Part shown: piece by piece, positions 9,804-18,800 of the stretch
Numbering within the stretch: the first letter of the stretch is position 1
How the letters are laid out: each line of letters begins with the position of its first letter
Translations under genes and position numbers: made by a program
Origin: Candidatus Melainabacteria bacterium 17Bon1m
GTDB lineage: Bacteria; Cyanobacteriota; Vampirovibrionia; Obscuribacterales; Obscuribacteraceae
DNA: 64,000 nucleotides
Assembly (NCBI GenBank): GCA_032128875.1
Contig: JAVLKG010000002.1
Location: 448,001 to 512,000, forward strand
Direction of reading: 5' to 3'
Notes under the pieces: model-generated
What the model was told of the DNA's origin: nothing
Database searches by the model: none
Seen by the model: only the letters and a program-made list of their open reading frames with translations

Positions 9804-10409
9804 CTATGGGCCTGCTTTGGGCGGCTCTGGTTTTTCCAGTGGTTGCGGCTTACCGCGCTGCGGAATTGCAGAAAGGATCATGATGACGCTCTTTCCTTCC
9901 AAGCGTGGCTCTCTATCAATGATTGCCAGCTCTTTCAGCTCGTTCGAAAAACGGTTCATCAAGTCGATAGCCATCCTGCTGTGCTGCATTTCGCGACCGC
10001 GCAACATGATGACGACCTTGATCTTATCGCCCTCATTGAGGAATTTCTGCGCGTTTCGAAGCTTCACGTTGTAGTCGTGTTCTTCGATTTTGTAGCGCAT
10101 CTTTATCTCTTTGACATCGACGATATGATGCTTTTTCTTGGTTTCGCGCTCTTTCTTTTGTTGGTCGAATTTGAATCGGCCGTAGTCCATAATCCGGGCT
10201 ACGGGCGGATTGGCATCGGGCTGAACAAGGAAAAGGTCGAGACCACGTTCGCGCGCTGTGTTCAGCGCCTCACGTGTGGGAACGATGCCCAGCTGGTTGC
10301 CTTCTTCGTCAATTAGGCGTACCTCTCTGTCCCTTATGCGCTCATTCAAAAGCGGCATGTCGCGTCTGGGATCGTTGGGGCGGCGTACATCACCTTTGTC
10401 TATGCTCAA
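9804..10409 (-). CDS. infC: Translation initiation factor IF-3
   Basis: NERIRDREVRLID, PPVARIMDYGRFKF, RGRE motifs; GAGGAG SD then TTG (in-frame ATA two codons later). Confidence 0.97.
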   Translation of the reverse strand: MSIDKGDVRRPNDPRRDMPLLNERIRDREVRLIDEEGNQLGIVPTREALNTARERGLDLFLVQPDANPPVARIMDYGRFKFDQQKKERETKKKHHIVDVKEIKMRYKIEEHDYNVKLRNAQKFLNEGDKIKVVIMLRGREMQHSRMAIDLMNRFSNELKELAIIDREPRLEGKSVIMILSAIPQRGKPQPLEKPEPPKAGP

Positions 10410-10468
10410 GCGTTCTCCTCAAGATTGGGACCGATTATTAATAGTTGCCATCTGGCAAACGAAAAAAC

Positions 10469-10551
10469 TGCCGAAGGTGGGACTTGAACCCACAAGCCCT
10501 TGCGAGCACTACGCCCTGAACGTAGCGTGTTTGCCATTTCACCACTTCGGC
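10469..10551 (-). tRNA. tRNA-Leu (anticodon CAG), long variable arm, CCA not encoded
   Basis: GCCGAAG acceptor stem, anticodon arm CTACG-TTCAGGG-CGTAG, T-arm GTGGG-TTCAAGT-CCCAC, discriminator A. Confidence 0.97.
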
Positions 10552-10618
10552 GCGTGCCAACGATTCTACACCAAATTACAACTGGTTAATTCGTTGGCGC
10601 TTTGACTATTCAGGGACC

Positions 10619-10858
10619 TTAACCGTCAGCGGTATAAGCCATGAGGGCGATGTCTCTGGCGCGCTTGATGGCGACTGTCAGGCTTCTTTGGTGCGATGCG
10701 CAGTTACCGGAAATGCGTCTCGGGAGGATTTTGCCTCTTTCGGTGACGAATTTTTTCAAGCGGTTCGGATCTTTGTAATCAATATGTTCGACCTTATCGG
10801 CGCAGAATCCGCAAGTCTTGCGGCGGCGGGGCGGTCCATCTTGATTCATGCGTGACAT
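10619..10858 (-). CDS. rpsR: 30S ribosomal protein S18 (zinc-binding form)
   Basis: CGFC...IDYKD...[17 protein letters not shown]. Confidence 0.97.
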   Translation of the reverse strand: MSRMNQDGPPRRRKTCGFCADKVEHIDYKDPNRLKKFVTERGKILPRRISGNCASHQRSLTVAIKRARDIALMAYTADG

Positions 10859-10890
10859 TTCATTCTTCCTTTATCTATAAGTTGTGGGTT

Positions 10891-10911
10891 GTAGGGGCGT
10901 TACATGCGCCC
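10891..10911 (+). repeat. GTAG-type REP-like palindrome
   Basis: GTAG followed by GGGCG-TTACATG-CGCCC in the ssb-rpsR spacer. Confidence 0.5.
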
Positions 10912-10928
10912 GAAAAAGCGGGAGTTAG

Positions 10929-11393
10929 TTAGAACGGAATCTCGTCGTCGGATGCAAAGATTGCGTCCAGATCGTCGGTGTCGCCTGCAGGCTTAGCCTT
11001 TTGGCCGCCTTTCACTCCAGCTTTCGCCAGATTTGCTTCTCCCTTCTCTTCTGAGAATGAGCCTTGTGAGCCGGTCAGGTTGGAAAGATTCTCAACGCTG
11101 ACAGCATCCACTTCCACTTCACGACGTTTTTGACCGTCTTGTGATTGGTAGTTGTTGATTTGCAGTCTTCCGTCAACGGCAACCAGGTCGCCTTTTTTGA
11201 CTTCGGTCGAGCAACGCTCGGCTAGATCACGCCAGGTAATCACTTTGACTGGTGTGGTTTCGACTTGTCCGTCTCTGGGAGGAGATTCGACAGCGATCGA
11301 AAATTCTGTAACTGCTACGTTTGTTGATGGTGTGAAACGCTTCTCGGGAGCACGGATTACACGTCCGGAGACAACAATTTTGCTTAGGCTCAT
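10929..11393 (-). CDS. ssb: Single-stranded DNA-binding protein
   Basis: OB-fold motifs (KKGDLVAVDGRLQ), acidic DDEIPF tail, rpsF-ssb-rpsR synteny. Confidence 0.95.
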   Translation of the reverse strand: MSLSKIVVSGRVIRAPEKRFTPSTNVAVTEFSIAVESPPRDGQVETTPVKVITWRDLAERCSTEVKKGDLVAVDGRLQINNYQSQDGQKRREVEVDAVSVENLSNLTGSQGSFSEEKGEANLAKAGVKGGQKAKPAGDTDDLDAIFASDDEIPF

Positions 11394-11443
11394 CAGCTAG
11401 TCCTCAATTGAGACTTGGATAGACGCATTCAAAACAACGGAAA

Positions 11444-11770
11444 CTAGGACATCACCGGTGTTTGCGATTCTTCAAAGACAACGACCAGGAAACGGATGAT
11501 GTCTTCGGAAAGGGTCATCATGCGCTTAATCGTGGCGAGTTGATCTGTCTTTACCGTGAAGACTGAGTAGACGTAGTATCCGTCTCTCATTTTGTTTACT
11601 TCATAAGCCAGGCGGCGGCGACCTTTCTTCTCGGTCAGCTCGACGTTTCCACCCAAATTCTTGATGTATTCGTCCACTGCTGCGGACACTTTATCGACTG
11701 CTTCTTCGTCGATGTTCGGACGGACAATGTAAGTAACTTCGTACTTTTCTTGCTTTTCTTTGCGTGACAA
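11444..11770 (-). CDS. rpsF: 30S ribosomal protein S6
   Basis: YEVTYIVRP...GRRRLAYEVNK..GYY; TTG start. Confidence 0.96.
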   Translation of the reverse strand: MSRKEKQEKYEVTYIVRPNIDEEAVDKVSAAVDEYIKNLGGNVELTEKKGRRRLAYEVNKMRDGYYVYSVFTVKTDQLATIKRMMTLSEDIIRFLVVVFEESQTPVMS

Positions 11771-11777
11771 GTTGAAT

Positions 11778-11822
11778 CCCCCTTATGGTCATGCGCGTCC
11801 TGCTTTGCAGGCAAGGTGAGGC
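11778..11822 (-). promoter_or_regulatory. Probable S6:S18 ribosomal protein leader
   Basis: CCUCACCUU-G-CCUGC-AAA-GCAGG-ACGC...AUAAGGGGG: the basal stem pairs with the SD and a CGC-containing internal loop follows the apical hairpin. Confidence 0.6.
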
Positions 11823-12024
11823 AATATAAACCGGCACAAGCCGGACCGGTAATTCTAGCATGCACTGTGGTGAGCGCCCGGTGCGCTGCTGCTTTGAGCG
11901 ACTGAAACTATTGCGTAATCGTCACATAGGCAGCATTTCTTGCTATCAACTAAACTTTTGATCATGGCGCATTCTTGAACTCTTTGCTTGTCAGGTCAAA
12001 GAGATTACAATTTATCCGGAAAGC

Positions 12025-12990
12025 ATGAGGCAATCGGCAGTGGCAGCCCGTTTTCGCAACCTAATTCTGATCTCTCTTCTCTGCTTTGCGCAAGAAGCTG
12101 CGTTGGCACAGGGTTTGCAGAATATGCCCTCCTCCCAAATCATGAACACCCCGCAAGGCAATTTCCCGATAACACCAAAGGGAATGAATGGCAGTGTCGG
12201 TTCTAGCATTTGGAATTCTGTCGGCTCTCGAGTTCCAATCGGCACTCTTCTGTCGGGCATTCTTGAAGATGATCTTTCTTCTGGTAAAAATCAGCGTGGG
12301 GATGTTTTTTCCATCCGTCTTGAAGATGGCTATTTCAGAAATGGGGTAGAGGTTGTTCCGCGTCATTCAAGAATTGTCGGCTCCATCGTCAGTGTCGTGC
12401 CATCAGCACTCACTGGTCATGGGCATCCCGGCAATTTGCAAGTGAACTTACAGACAATCGTTTTTCCTGATGGAAGCAATACACCGATAAGCGGCTTTAT
12501 CGTTCATAACCCCAACATGGATGAATCGCAAAATCCGAGAAAGACAAATGCTGCAGATGCAGCAGCATATTATCCAAAGGCTGCGATCAATTCTCTGGGC
12601 ATGGTTGGCAGAACTTTGAGCGGTCGTTTGATTGGCTACAAGCCGGGCTTTAGACAGAGAGGCGCAGACTTCAGAATGGAGAAGGGCGAGATTTTAGCCG
12701 TGCGTTTGAATCGTTCGCTCGATCTTGGTCACATGTCACCTCCGCCAACGGGTTTTGCTCCCAGCAATTTACCTTCGCCGGGATTGACCTCACCGACGGT
12801 GCCTGCTCTGAAATCAGGTCAGCCTCTATTGCCTGGTCCTGCAACAATTAGTGGTCCGAATGCTGTTATGGGCGGACCGCAGCCTGCTGCCAATGCTGCT
12901 CCAGGTCTTGCGCCAACGAGTGCTCCGAACCAGATATTCAACAATCCGGTTGGACCCAAGCCCGGTTTGAACATGCCGGATCCATTTTAG
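12025..12990 (+). CDS. Exported hypothetical protein, TrbI/VirB10-like beta domain with Pro-rich tail
   Basis: Signal-peptide-like N-terminus; VPIGT..LSS...GD.F...VVP..S.I.G.I pattern; family call tentative. Confidence 0.65.
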   Translation: MRQSAVAARFRNLILISLLCFAQEAALAQGLQNMPSSQIMNTPQGNFPITPKGMNGSVGSSIWNSVGSRVPIGTLLSGILEDDLSSGKNQRGDVFSIRLEDGYFRNGVEVVPRHSRIVGSIVSVVPSALTGHGHPGNLQVNLQTIVFPDGSNTPISGFIVHNPNMDESQNPRKTNAADAAAYYPKAAINSLGMVGRTLSGRLIGYKPGFRQRGADFRMEKGEILAVRLNRSLDLGHMSPPPTGFAPSNLPSPGLTSPTVPALKSGQPLLPGPATISGPNAVMGGPQPAANAAPGLAPTSAPNQIFNNPVGPKPGLNMPDPF

Positions 12991-13037
12991 ATTTTGTACT
13001 TGCTGCTTTTGCGTCATCGGCAAGTATTTTTGGCAAT

Positions 13038-13067
13038 AAAAAGGGAGGCAGTTCTGCCTCCCTTTTT
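13038..13067. terminator. Bidirectional Rho-independent terminator
   Basis: AAAAAGGGAGGCAG-TT-CTGCCTCCCTTTTT between convergent genes. Confidence 0.9.
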
Positions 13068-13084
13068 GAATGTCTAGCGATTGT

Positions 13085-14269
13085 CTAGTCGTCTGACGAT
13101 GTCGGAGCGGAGCTGGCCATGCCTCCCCCACCCTTCTGTTGTTGGGTGGCAGCTTTGTATTCAGCTAAATGACGCCATCCTTGATGAAGAATCAGTTGAT
13201 ATGCATAGATTTGCTCCAACCACCTTCTTTCGCCTTCCGGCAGATCCGGGCGCTCCAGGCGGCGTTTGAGCGAACCTGTGATGTTGCGGGTTTCTTCGAT
13301 TGCCTTTCTGTAATTTCTTACTGTGCGCTGCAGACCTTGCGCAACCACTTGTGATTGCGATGAAGGCTGAGAAACATAAGCGGCAGCTGCTGCCGGTTCT
13401 CTCTCCGCTCTGTCGGTTCTGTCGCTTCTATCGGCCCTGTCTGTTCTATCGGGACGGTCGCGGTCTCTATCTCTATCGCGATCTCTTTGAGGCGCGCGTT
13501 TTGGCTCTTCAACATAACGATCGGTTTCAGCTGCTACACCGTTGGCATCGTTGCGTTGTGCTTGACGGCTTGCCGCTTGTTGCGCCAATGGATGCTGAAT
13601 GACATTTTTGTGGCGCTCTGCTCCACCACGTCTTCTCTCTTTGCGCTTCGCTCTGTAGCAATCGAGGCAATCACGCAGACGCGGATTCATATGTTCAAAA
13701 ACTTTGCCGCAGGTTTGGCAGGTAAGCGAATGTTTTGGCTTTCCTTCTCCCGAATCGCCTTCGGCCGGTGCGCTATCAGCATCACCTTCGACTTCAGGTT
13801 TTTCATCTTCCTCAGCGATCTCTTCCTCTTCCTTGTCTTCAGGAGGAGCTTCTTTTTTGGAGATGCGCTTGGCTGGACGCTTGTTGTCCTTCTCTTTCTC
13901 TTTCTCTTTTTCTTTTTCTTTAGAGCGAGCGGCTGGTTTTTCCTCTTCTTCTTCCTCTACTTCCGGTTCTGCCTTCACTCTGGTTGCAGTCTTGGCTTTC
14001 GCCTTACCTTTTGCAGGTTTGCGCTCGGAAGTGCGCATTTCCTCTAGCTTTTCCAGCACTTGAGGATTTGTCAGACCTTCTTCTTTGAGTTCGCGAACCT
14101 TTTGCAATTCTTCCATTGCAACATCAGGAAGAACTTTGATGCCGTTTTCGTCAGACGTGGTTTCTATATTGAACTCTGTGATGTACCGCCTGATAGTTAC
14201 TGACGTAACGTTGAGATCCTTGGCGGCCTGGGCAATCTTAGTGCCCTCTACCTTGGCGTTTCGACTCAT
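13085..14269 (-). CDS. MerR/RacA-like HTH protein with charged linker, Zn ribbon, RD repeats and C-terminal helical domain
   Basis: IAQAAKDLNVTSVTIRRY HTH; CQTC...CLDC; RDRDRDRDR tract. Confidence 0.8.
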   Translation of the reverse strand: MSRNAKVEGTKIAQAAKDLNVTSVTIRRYITEFNIETTSDENGIKVLPDVAMEELQKVRELKEEGLTNPQVLEKLEEMRTSERKPAKGKAKAKTATRVKAEPEVEEEEEEKPAARSKEKEKEKEKEKDNKRPAKRISKKEAPPEDKEEEEIAEEDEKPEVEGDADSAPAEGDSGEGKPKHSLTCQTCGKVFEHMNPRLRDCLDCYRAKRKERRRGGAERHKNVIQHPLAQQAASRQAQRNDANGVAAETDRYVEEPKRAPQRDRDRDRDRDRPDRTDRADRSDRTDRAEREPAAAAAYVSQPSSQSQVVAQGLQRTVRNYRKAIEETRNITGSLKRRLERPDLPEGERRWLEQIYAYQLILHQGWRHLAEYKAATQQQKGGGGMASSAPTSSDD

Positions 14270-14369
14270 TAAGCTGTGACCTTGAAATAAGTATCGACTT
14301 TGAATTGAGGCAGTTCTTCGGATATCGATGCATCGCTAGCATCAAATCAGAGAGTCCGGGATCGACCCA

Positions 14370-14404
14370 TTAGCTCTTAGCTTTTAGCTCTCGTAGCTCT
14401 CAGC
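14370..14404. repeat. Short heptamer tandem repeat (TAGCTCT-like, 4 copies)
   Basis: TAGCTCT TAGCTTT TAGCTCT cg TAGCTCT. Confidence 0.7.
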
Positions 14405-14553
14405 GAACCTTTGCCTTTGAGCAGTAAGACTCTGGCGCGGCTCACAAAGACTGGCTTTGTTATCGCCTTTTGTTGCTCGCACACCCGTAGGTCGCCTCTG
14501 AGCAACTGACCCTAAGTTTATCTCTATATATGCCGGAGGTTACTGTTCAGGAA

Positions 14554-15600
14554 TTAAATTTCATCCATCTTTGCATTTGAGGGCGAAAAATCGACCGGAC
14601 CTTCACTGACAAAAGCCCCCTGGGCTTGGTCATAGGCCTTGCGCAGGTGACCACGGCTGACGTGCGTATAAAGCTGGGTTGTGACGATATTGGCGTGCCC
14701 GAGCAGTTCTTGCACTGAGCGCAGGTCGGCTCCATTTTCAATCAAATGGGTGGCAAAGCTGTGTCTGAGCGTGTGAGGGGAGAGTGATTTTTCAACTCCG
14801 GCTTTTTTTGCCAAACGCTTAACAACTTGCCACACTACCAGGCGCGACAGGCGATTTCCGAGCCTATCTCTGAATAGGGGGCGAACCACATGTTTCACTT
14901 GTGTCAGTGCTCTTGTTTTTCTGGGTGTTTCAGGTCCCGCATCTGTCGCTCTCGATTTCGTATCGCCGGGCGTACTGTCCAAATCCTTGAGCTCATTCAT
15001 ATAGTCCTGAACGCAGGCCAGAGCCTGGCGCCCGATTGGGACAATTCTCTCTTTCGAGCCTTTGCCTAAACAGCGAACATAACTCTGCGACAGATTAACG
15101 TCTTTGACGTCGAGGCCGACTAGCTCTGAAACCCGCAGACCTGCTCCGTAGAGCAATTCAATGATCAGCTTGTCGCGACTAGATTGCGCCGCTTCAATCA
15201 TTCTTTCGACTTCGTCCTTGCTCAAAACGGCAGGCAATTTCTTTGCTCTCACTGGATTGTGCATCGCCTCGAGTGGATCCTCGGCGACGACTCCAGTGGT
15301 TTTTTGCCAGGCAAACCAGCCTCTTAAGCTTGCAATGGCTCTTATGATCGAGCTGGTCTTTTGACCTCTTTGTCGCAAGTAACCTATGTACTGTTGTAAA
15401 TCCTGCCGGCTCGTCGATTGTTTTTGTCTCGTCTTTTGCCAATTGATGAACGACAGCAAATCGCGCTGGTAAGCCATTTGCGTATTTACCGACAAAGATT
15501 TTTCCGAGCGGACAAAATCAATGTAGCGGTTTAGACAGGCGTTGATACGTCTGTCTTCGGGTGTGCCAGGTGGCACCGAATGTGGTGGCGCCGAATGCAT
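14554..15600 (-). CDS. xerD: Site-specific tyrosine recombinase, XerD/XerC family
   Basis: N-terminal SAM-like domain (NTQMAYQRDL); GLRVSEL, GKGSKER, HTLRHSFATHL, LGH and TTQLY catalytic motifs. Confidence 0.88.
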   Translation of the reverse strand: MHSAPPHSVPPGTPEDRRINACLNRYIDFVRSEKSLSVNTQMAYQRDLLSFINWQKTRQKQSTSRQDLQQYIGYLRQRGQKTSSIIRAIASLRGWFAWQKTTGVVAEDPLEAMHNPVRAKKLPAVLSKDEVERMIEAAQSSRDKLIIELLYGAGLRVSELVGLDVKDVNLSQSYVRCLGKGSKERIVPIGRQALACVQDYMNELKDLDSTPGDTKSRATDAGPETPRKTRALTQVKHVVRPLFRDRLGNRLSRLVVWQVVKRLAKKAGVEKSLSPHTLRHSFATHLIENGADLRSVQELLGHANIVTTQLYTHVSRGHLRKAYDQAQGAFVSEGPVDFSPSNAKMDEI

Positions 15601-15630
15601 CGTGCCTCACCTTTCGCCGTGGACGGAAAG

Positions 15631-15654
15631 AGCAATTCGAATATTCGAATTGCT
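15631..15654. promoter_or_regulatory. Perfect 24-bp palindrome in the xerD 5' leader
   Basis: AGCAATTCGAATATTCGAATTGCT equals its own reverse complement. Confidence 0.7.
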
Positions 15655-15690
15655 AAATATGTATTAGTGGAGATCGTATGTCTGAGATAT

Positions 15691-15718
15691 ATCATACTCG
15701 TGCTTCGTCAAGAGTCAA
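15691..15718 (-). promoter_or_regulatory. Sigma70-like promoter for xerD
   Basis: TTGACT-16 nt-TATGAT on the minus strand. Confidence 0.55.
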
Positions 15719-15737
15719 GCAAAATCGCAATTTTGCG

Positions 15738-15825
15738 AGCACCATATAGGGTGGCGCCACTTTATCGGCCCTTGTCACCAAATCAGGTGGCTAATAAATT
15801 TGCCTGCGCCACCGTATTAGGTGCA
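15738..15825. repeat. Array of CACC-N6-GGTG palindromes
   Basis: AGCACC-ATATAG-GGTGGC (15738), GTCACC-AAATCA-GGTGGC (15774), GCCACC-GTATTA-GGTGCA (15808). Confidence 0.7.
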
Positions 15826-15856
15826 AGACTGCCACTAAAGATATGAGTCACTTAGA

Positions 15857-18800
15857 CTAATTGGCCCTTGCTTCAAGCAGCTTGGCGTCTATACCCGGCA
15901 CCGGGTGAGCTGATTGAAGGGGTTTGCTTGGAAGCCACTTGAAAGACTTTTCGATTGATTGAGCAAGCAATTGTGGTTCGTTCAGTGAAGCCGACATTTT
16001 GAAAGTGAAAGTGCGCGGCTTATCTCCTGCGATATCGCCGAGAACAGGCAAAGATGGCAATTTCTCCAGTTTATTGAAAGTAACCGCATTGAGAAATTTT
16101 TGAATCGTCATGCCGCGAGTGACATGTCCGATTGGTCCTCTCAATACACTTGTCGTTACCCTAGGAAGGGTGCCGGCAATTTCCATGTTCACTTTTCCGT
16201 CAACAAGGTTGGCTGTGCCGCCGCCCCAAAGTCGCATGTCCTCGCCGTTGTACTTGAGTTCTGTGAAAGCCAGCATGCCTTTGGTAATTGCATAGCTTCC
16301 CATCAATTCTTTAAACTCACCAGTTCGTACTGGAACAACACTCTGCAATAGATTATTCAGGTTGAAACCGAGCACACCCGATTGCAGCAAATTGGCTTGA
16401 GTCAGACGTGCCTGAAGGTGACCAAAGCGTGCAAGGACGCCGTTTTTGACGTGAAACTTGCCGTTGCCGTTGAGATTTCGAATCATTTCGTCTTTGTCTG
16501 AGCCTTGCGACTTCAGTAACAGCTCACCATCAGCGGTACCGGTAAGCTCACCAGGATGCCCGAACAAACCTGTCGCAATGACACTAAGGTCGACATTCTT
16601 AAAGTCAGATCTCGAGCCGAATTTCTGCGTTTCAGGATCAACCCAGGCATTGAGATTGACTGACCCATTGCCTGCTTTCAGCTTCATGTTGGCTAGCCTG
16701 ATCTTAGGCAGTTTGTCTTCCCCTGATGATGGCTTAAAGCTCATTTCACCCGAGACATCTGTCACTTTTATAGCTTTCAGCTGCAATTCTTTCATCTCAA
16801 CATGCGCGTTTATAGGCGATGCTTGAGAGCGCGGATCATATGGATCGCGGCTCTGCATACGCCCTGTCGCATGGGTAATATTCAGCTTCGGCACGCCGAC
16901 ATCGACGAGATCAAAATTGCCATTGATCTTAGGGTTGGACATCGGACCGTTTATTGCACCGTCGACGCTTATTGTGCCGGTAACAGAGCTGTCCGCTAAT
17001 TGGGGCGCCAGTCCAGCCAGAAGCCGTTTTGCCGGCAGCGGATTCGGTGTGACAATGGCCAGGTTGATTATTTGTTCGTTGAGCAGATTTGCGTTGTTAT
17101 CGTCTTTGACCTTAATCTCTCCTTTGAAATTCAAGACTGAGTCATTGACGAATAAGTGTGCATCATTAACAGTTACGCCTTTGGGATGAATCGTGACAGC
17201 GCCGTCCAGCGACATTTGCTCGTCTGACGGCTGGTGCAACACACCAAAAGGTCCATATAGTTTCACGTTACTCTTGCGATTGGCTCGTCCAGAGAAGCTC
17301 ACTTTCATTTCGTCTTTGGTGCCGTTTGCTTTGAGGCGAACATCAAGCGGTCCCTGACAGGAGAATTTCAACTGGCTGGCTTTCTTTGCCGGTGAAAACG
17401 TAGCGATCAAATTATTGATTTCGGCAGAGTTTAACGAACCGCGAATATCGCAATTCAAACTCGGTGTCGCAGAGCGGAATTGTCTTACGTACCCGTCCGC
17501 CTGAAATTCACTACCATTCATCCAACCGGCAATATCTTGCAAAAGCAGGTCGTCTTTGGCGGTGGCCAAAACCCCGCTCAGGCGATCAACACCAATCTTT
17601 TCGTCTTCAACTCTAAAGCCGACACCCATCAAACCAATAACGCCATCGAAGCGCGGCAGCGCACTATTGGGAGCATCTTTCAGTAAAAGATCCCCGTAGA
17701 TTTTTCCGTGTAATTTGGCGACGGAATATGTATCGAGCATCTTCTGATAGTCTTTGCGCACTTGCTCAGGTACTACCTGCGAATGAATCCAGGCGTCGAA
17801 GTCGGCAAGATCAAGTCCTTGCGATTTGATCCTTCCGTCGACAAATTCCGCCTGACCAGGCACGCCCTTGATGTGCGCTGAAACCTGCGCAGACCCGCCC
17901 CTGGTTGTGAGCGTCATGTCCTTCAGTGTGAGCAAATCGCCGGTTAAATTGAGAGAGCCGCCGCTGGCTTTGATAAAGCTTTTCGCATCGCTCAACTCCA
18001 AGCGTACATCCTCTGGTATCGCTGTTCCGGAGGCGATTGGAGATTTGAGCGAGCCCGTGATCTTTAGATTTGCATCTCTTACTCGCCCTGATGCTTTCAT
18101 ACCTGTCATTTGCGGGACTTGCATCTTGAAAGTCGTTAAAGCGAGTGTCAATTTTGCAAGGTCGATTTTCTTCCCAGCAACCGCGATATTAAGCCCACCG
18201 CCTTTGATTGGCACTCGCCCCGTGAGGTTGAATGTGCCACCGTCCATGATGCCGGTTAGATGGTCGAATACAAAGTCGTTATCCGTAATTCCAATTTTGC
18301 CGTTCAGCTTGGTGATATTCAGCGAGCCGTCGCTGAAGAAAAAGTCGGCATTGCGCAGATTGAGCGAAATGTCCTGTCTTGTCGTGTTTCCACTGCGCTG
18401 GAGTTTTGCTTTCAAGTCTGCCAGTCCGCGCAGCTGCAGTTTTGTTTTTGCCGGAACAGTGATGCGGGCGCTCATCTCTTTCATCGCTTCTCGCGAAGCG
18501 TTCATGTTTGCAGAAAACTTACCTAAATCGATACCGTTTCCTTCCAGTGCGTAGTTGGAAACTCTATTCTTAAGCTCTGTCTCTCCGCTGATTTTCACTT
18601 TGCCGCCAACGATTTCTGTTTGGGCAGAGCGAACTACCAGCTTTTGACCAGGGATAAGATGAATATCGCCTTCTAAGGCAGATGCATTTGGAACGCCTGC
18701 ATATATAGCGAATTTCGCATTTTCAGGAGCCGCCTCCTGCAAAATATCGCGCAAGAGCAATCCGCCCGCATTGAACTTGCTTTCAATTTCGGTGTGATTG

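Noticed and set aside
9644..9950. infC duplicate as a DGR template/variable repeat pair
   Set aside because: Differences are not adenine-specific, include indels, and no reverse transcriptase is present
14554..15600. Tyrosine recombinase as a prophage or ICE integrase
   Set aside because: Xer-type motifs, housekeeping neighbours, no phage genes and no duplicated tRNA 3' end seen
15738..15854. Palindrome array as CRISPR or NtrC boxes
   Set aside because: Units are too short and variable for CRISPR and there are no cas genes; NtrC boxes have a 5-nt spacer, not 6
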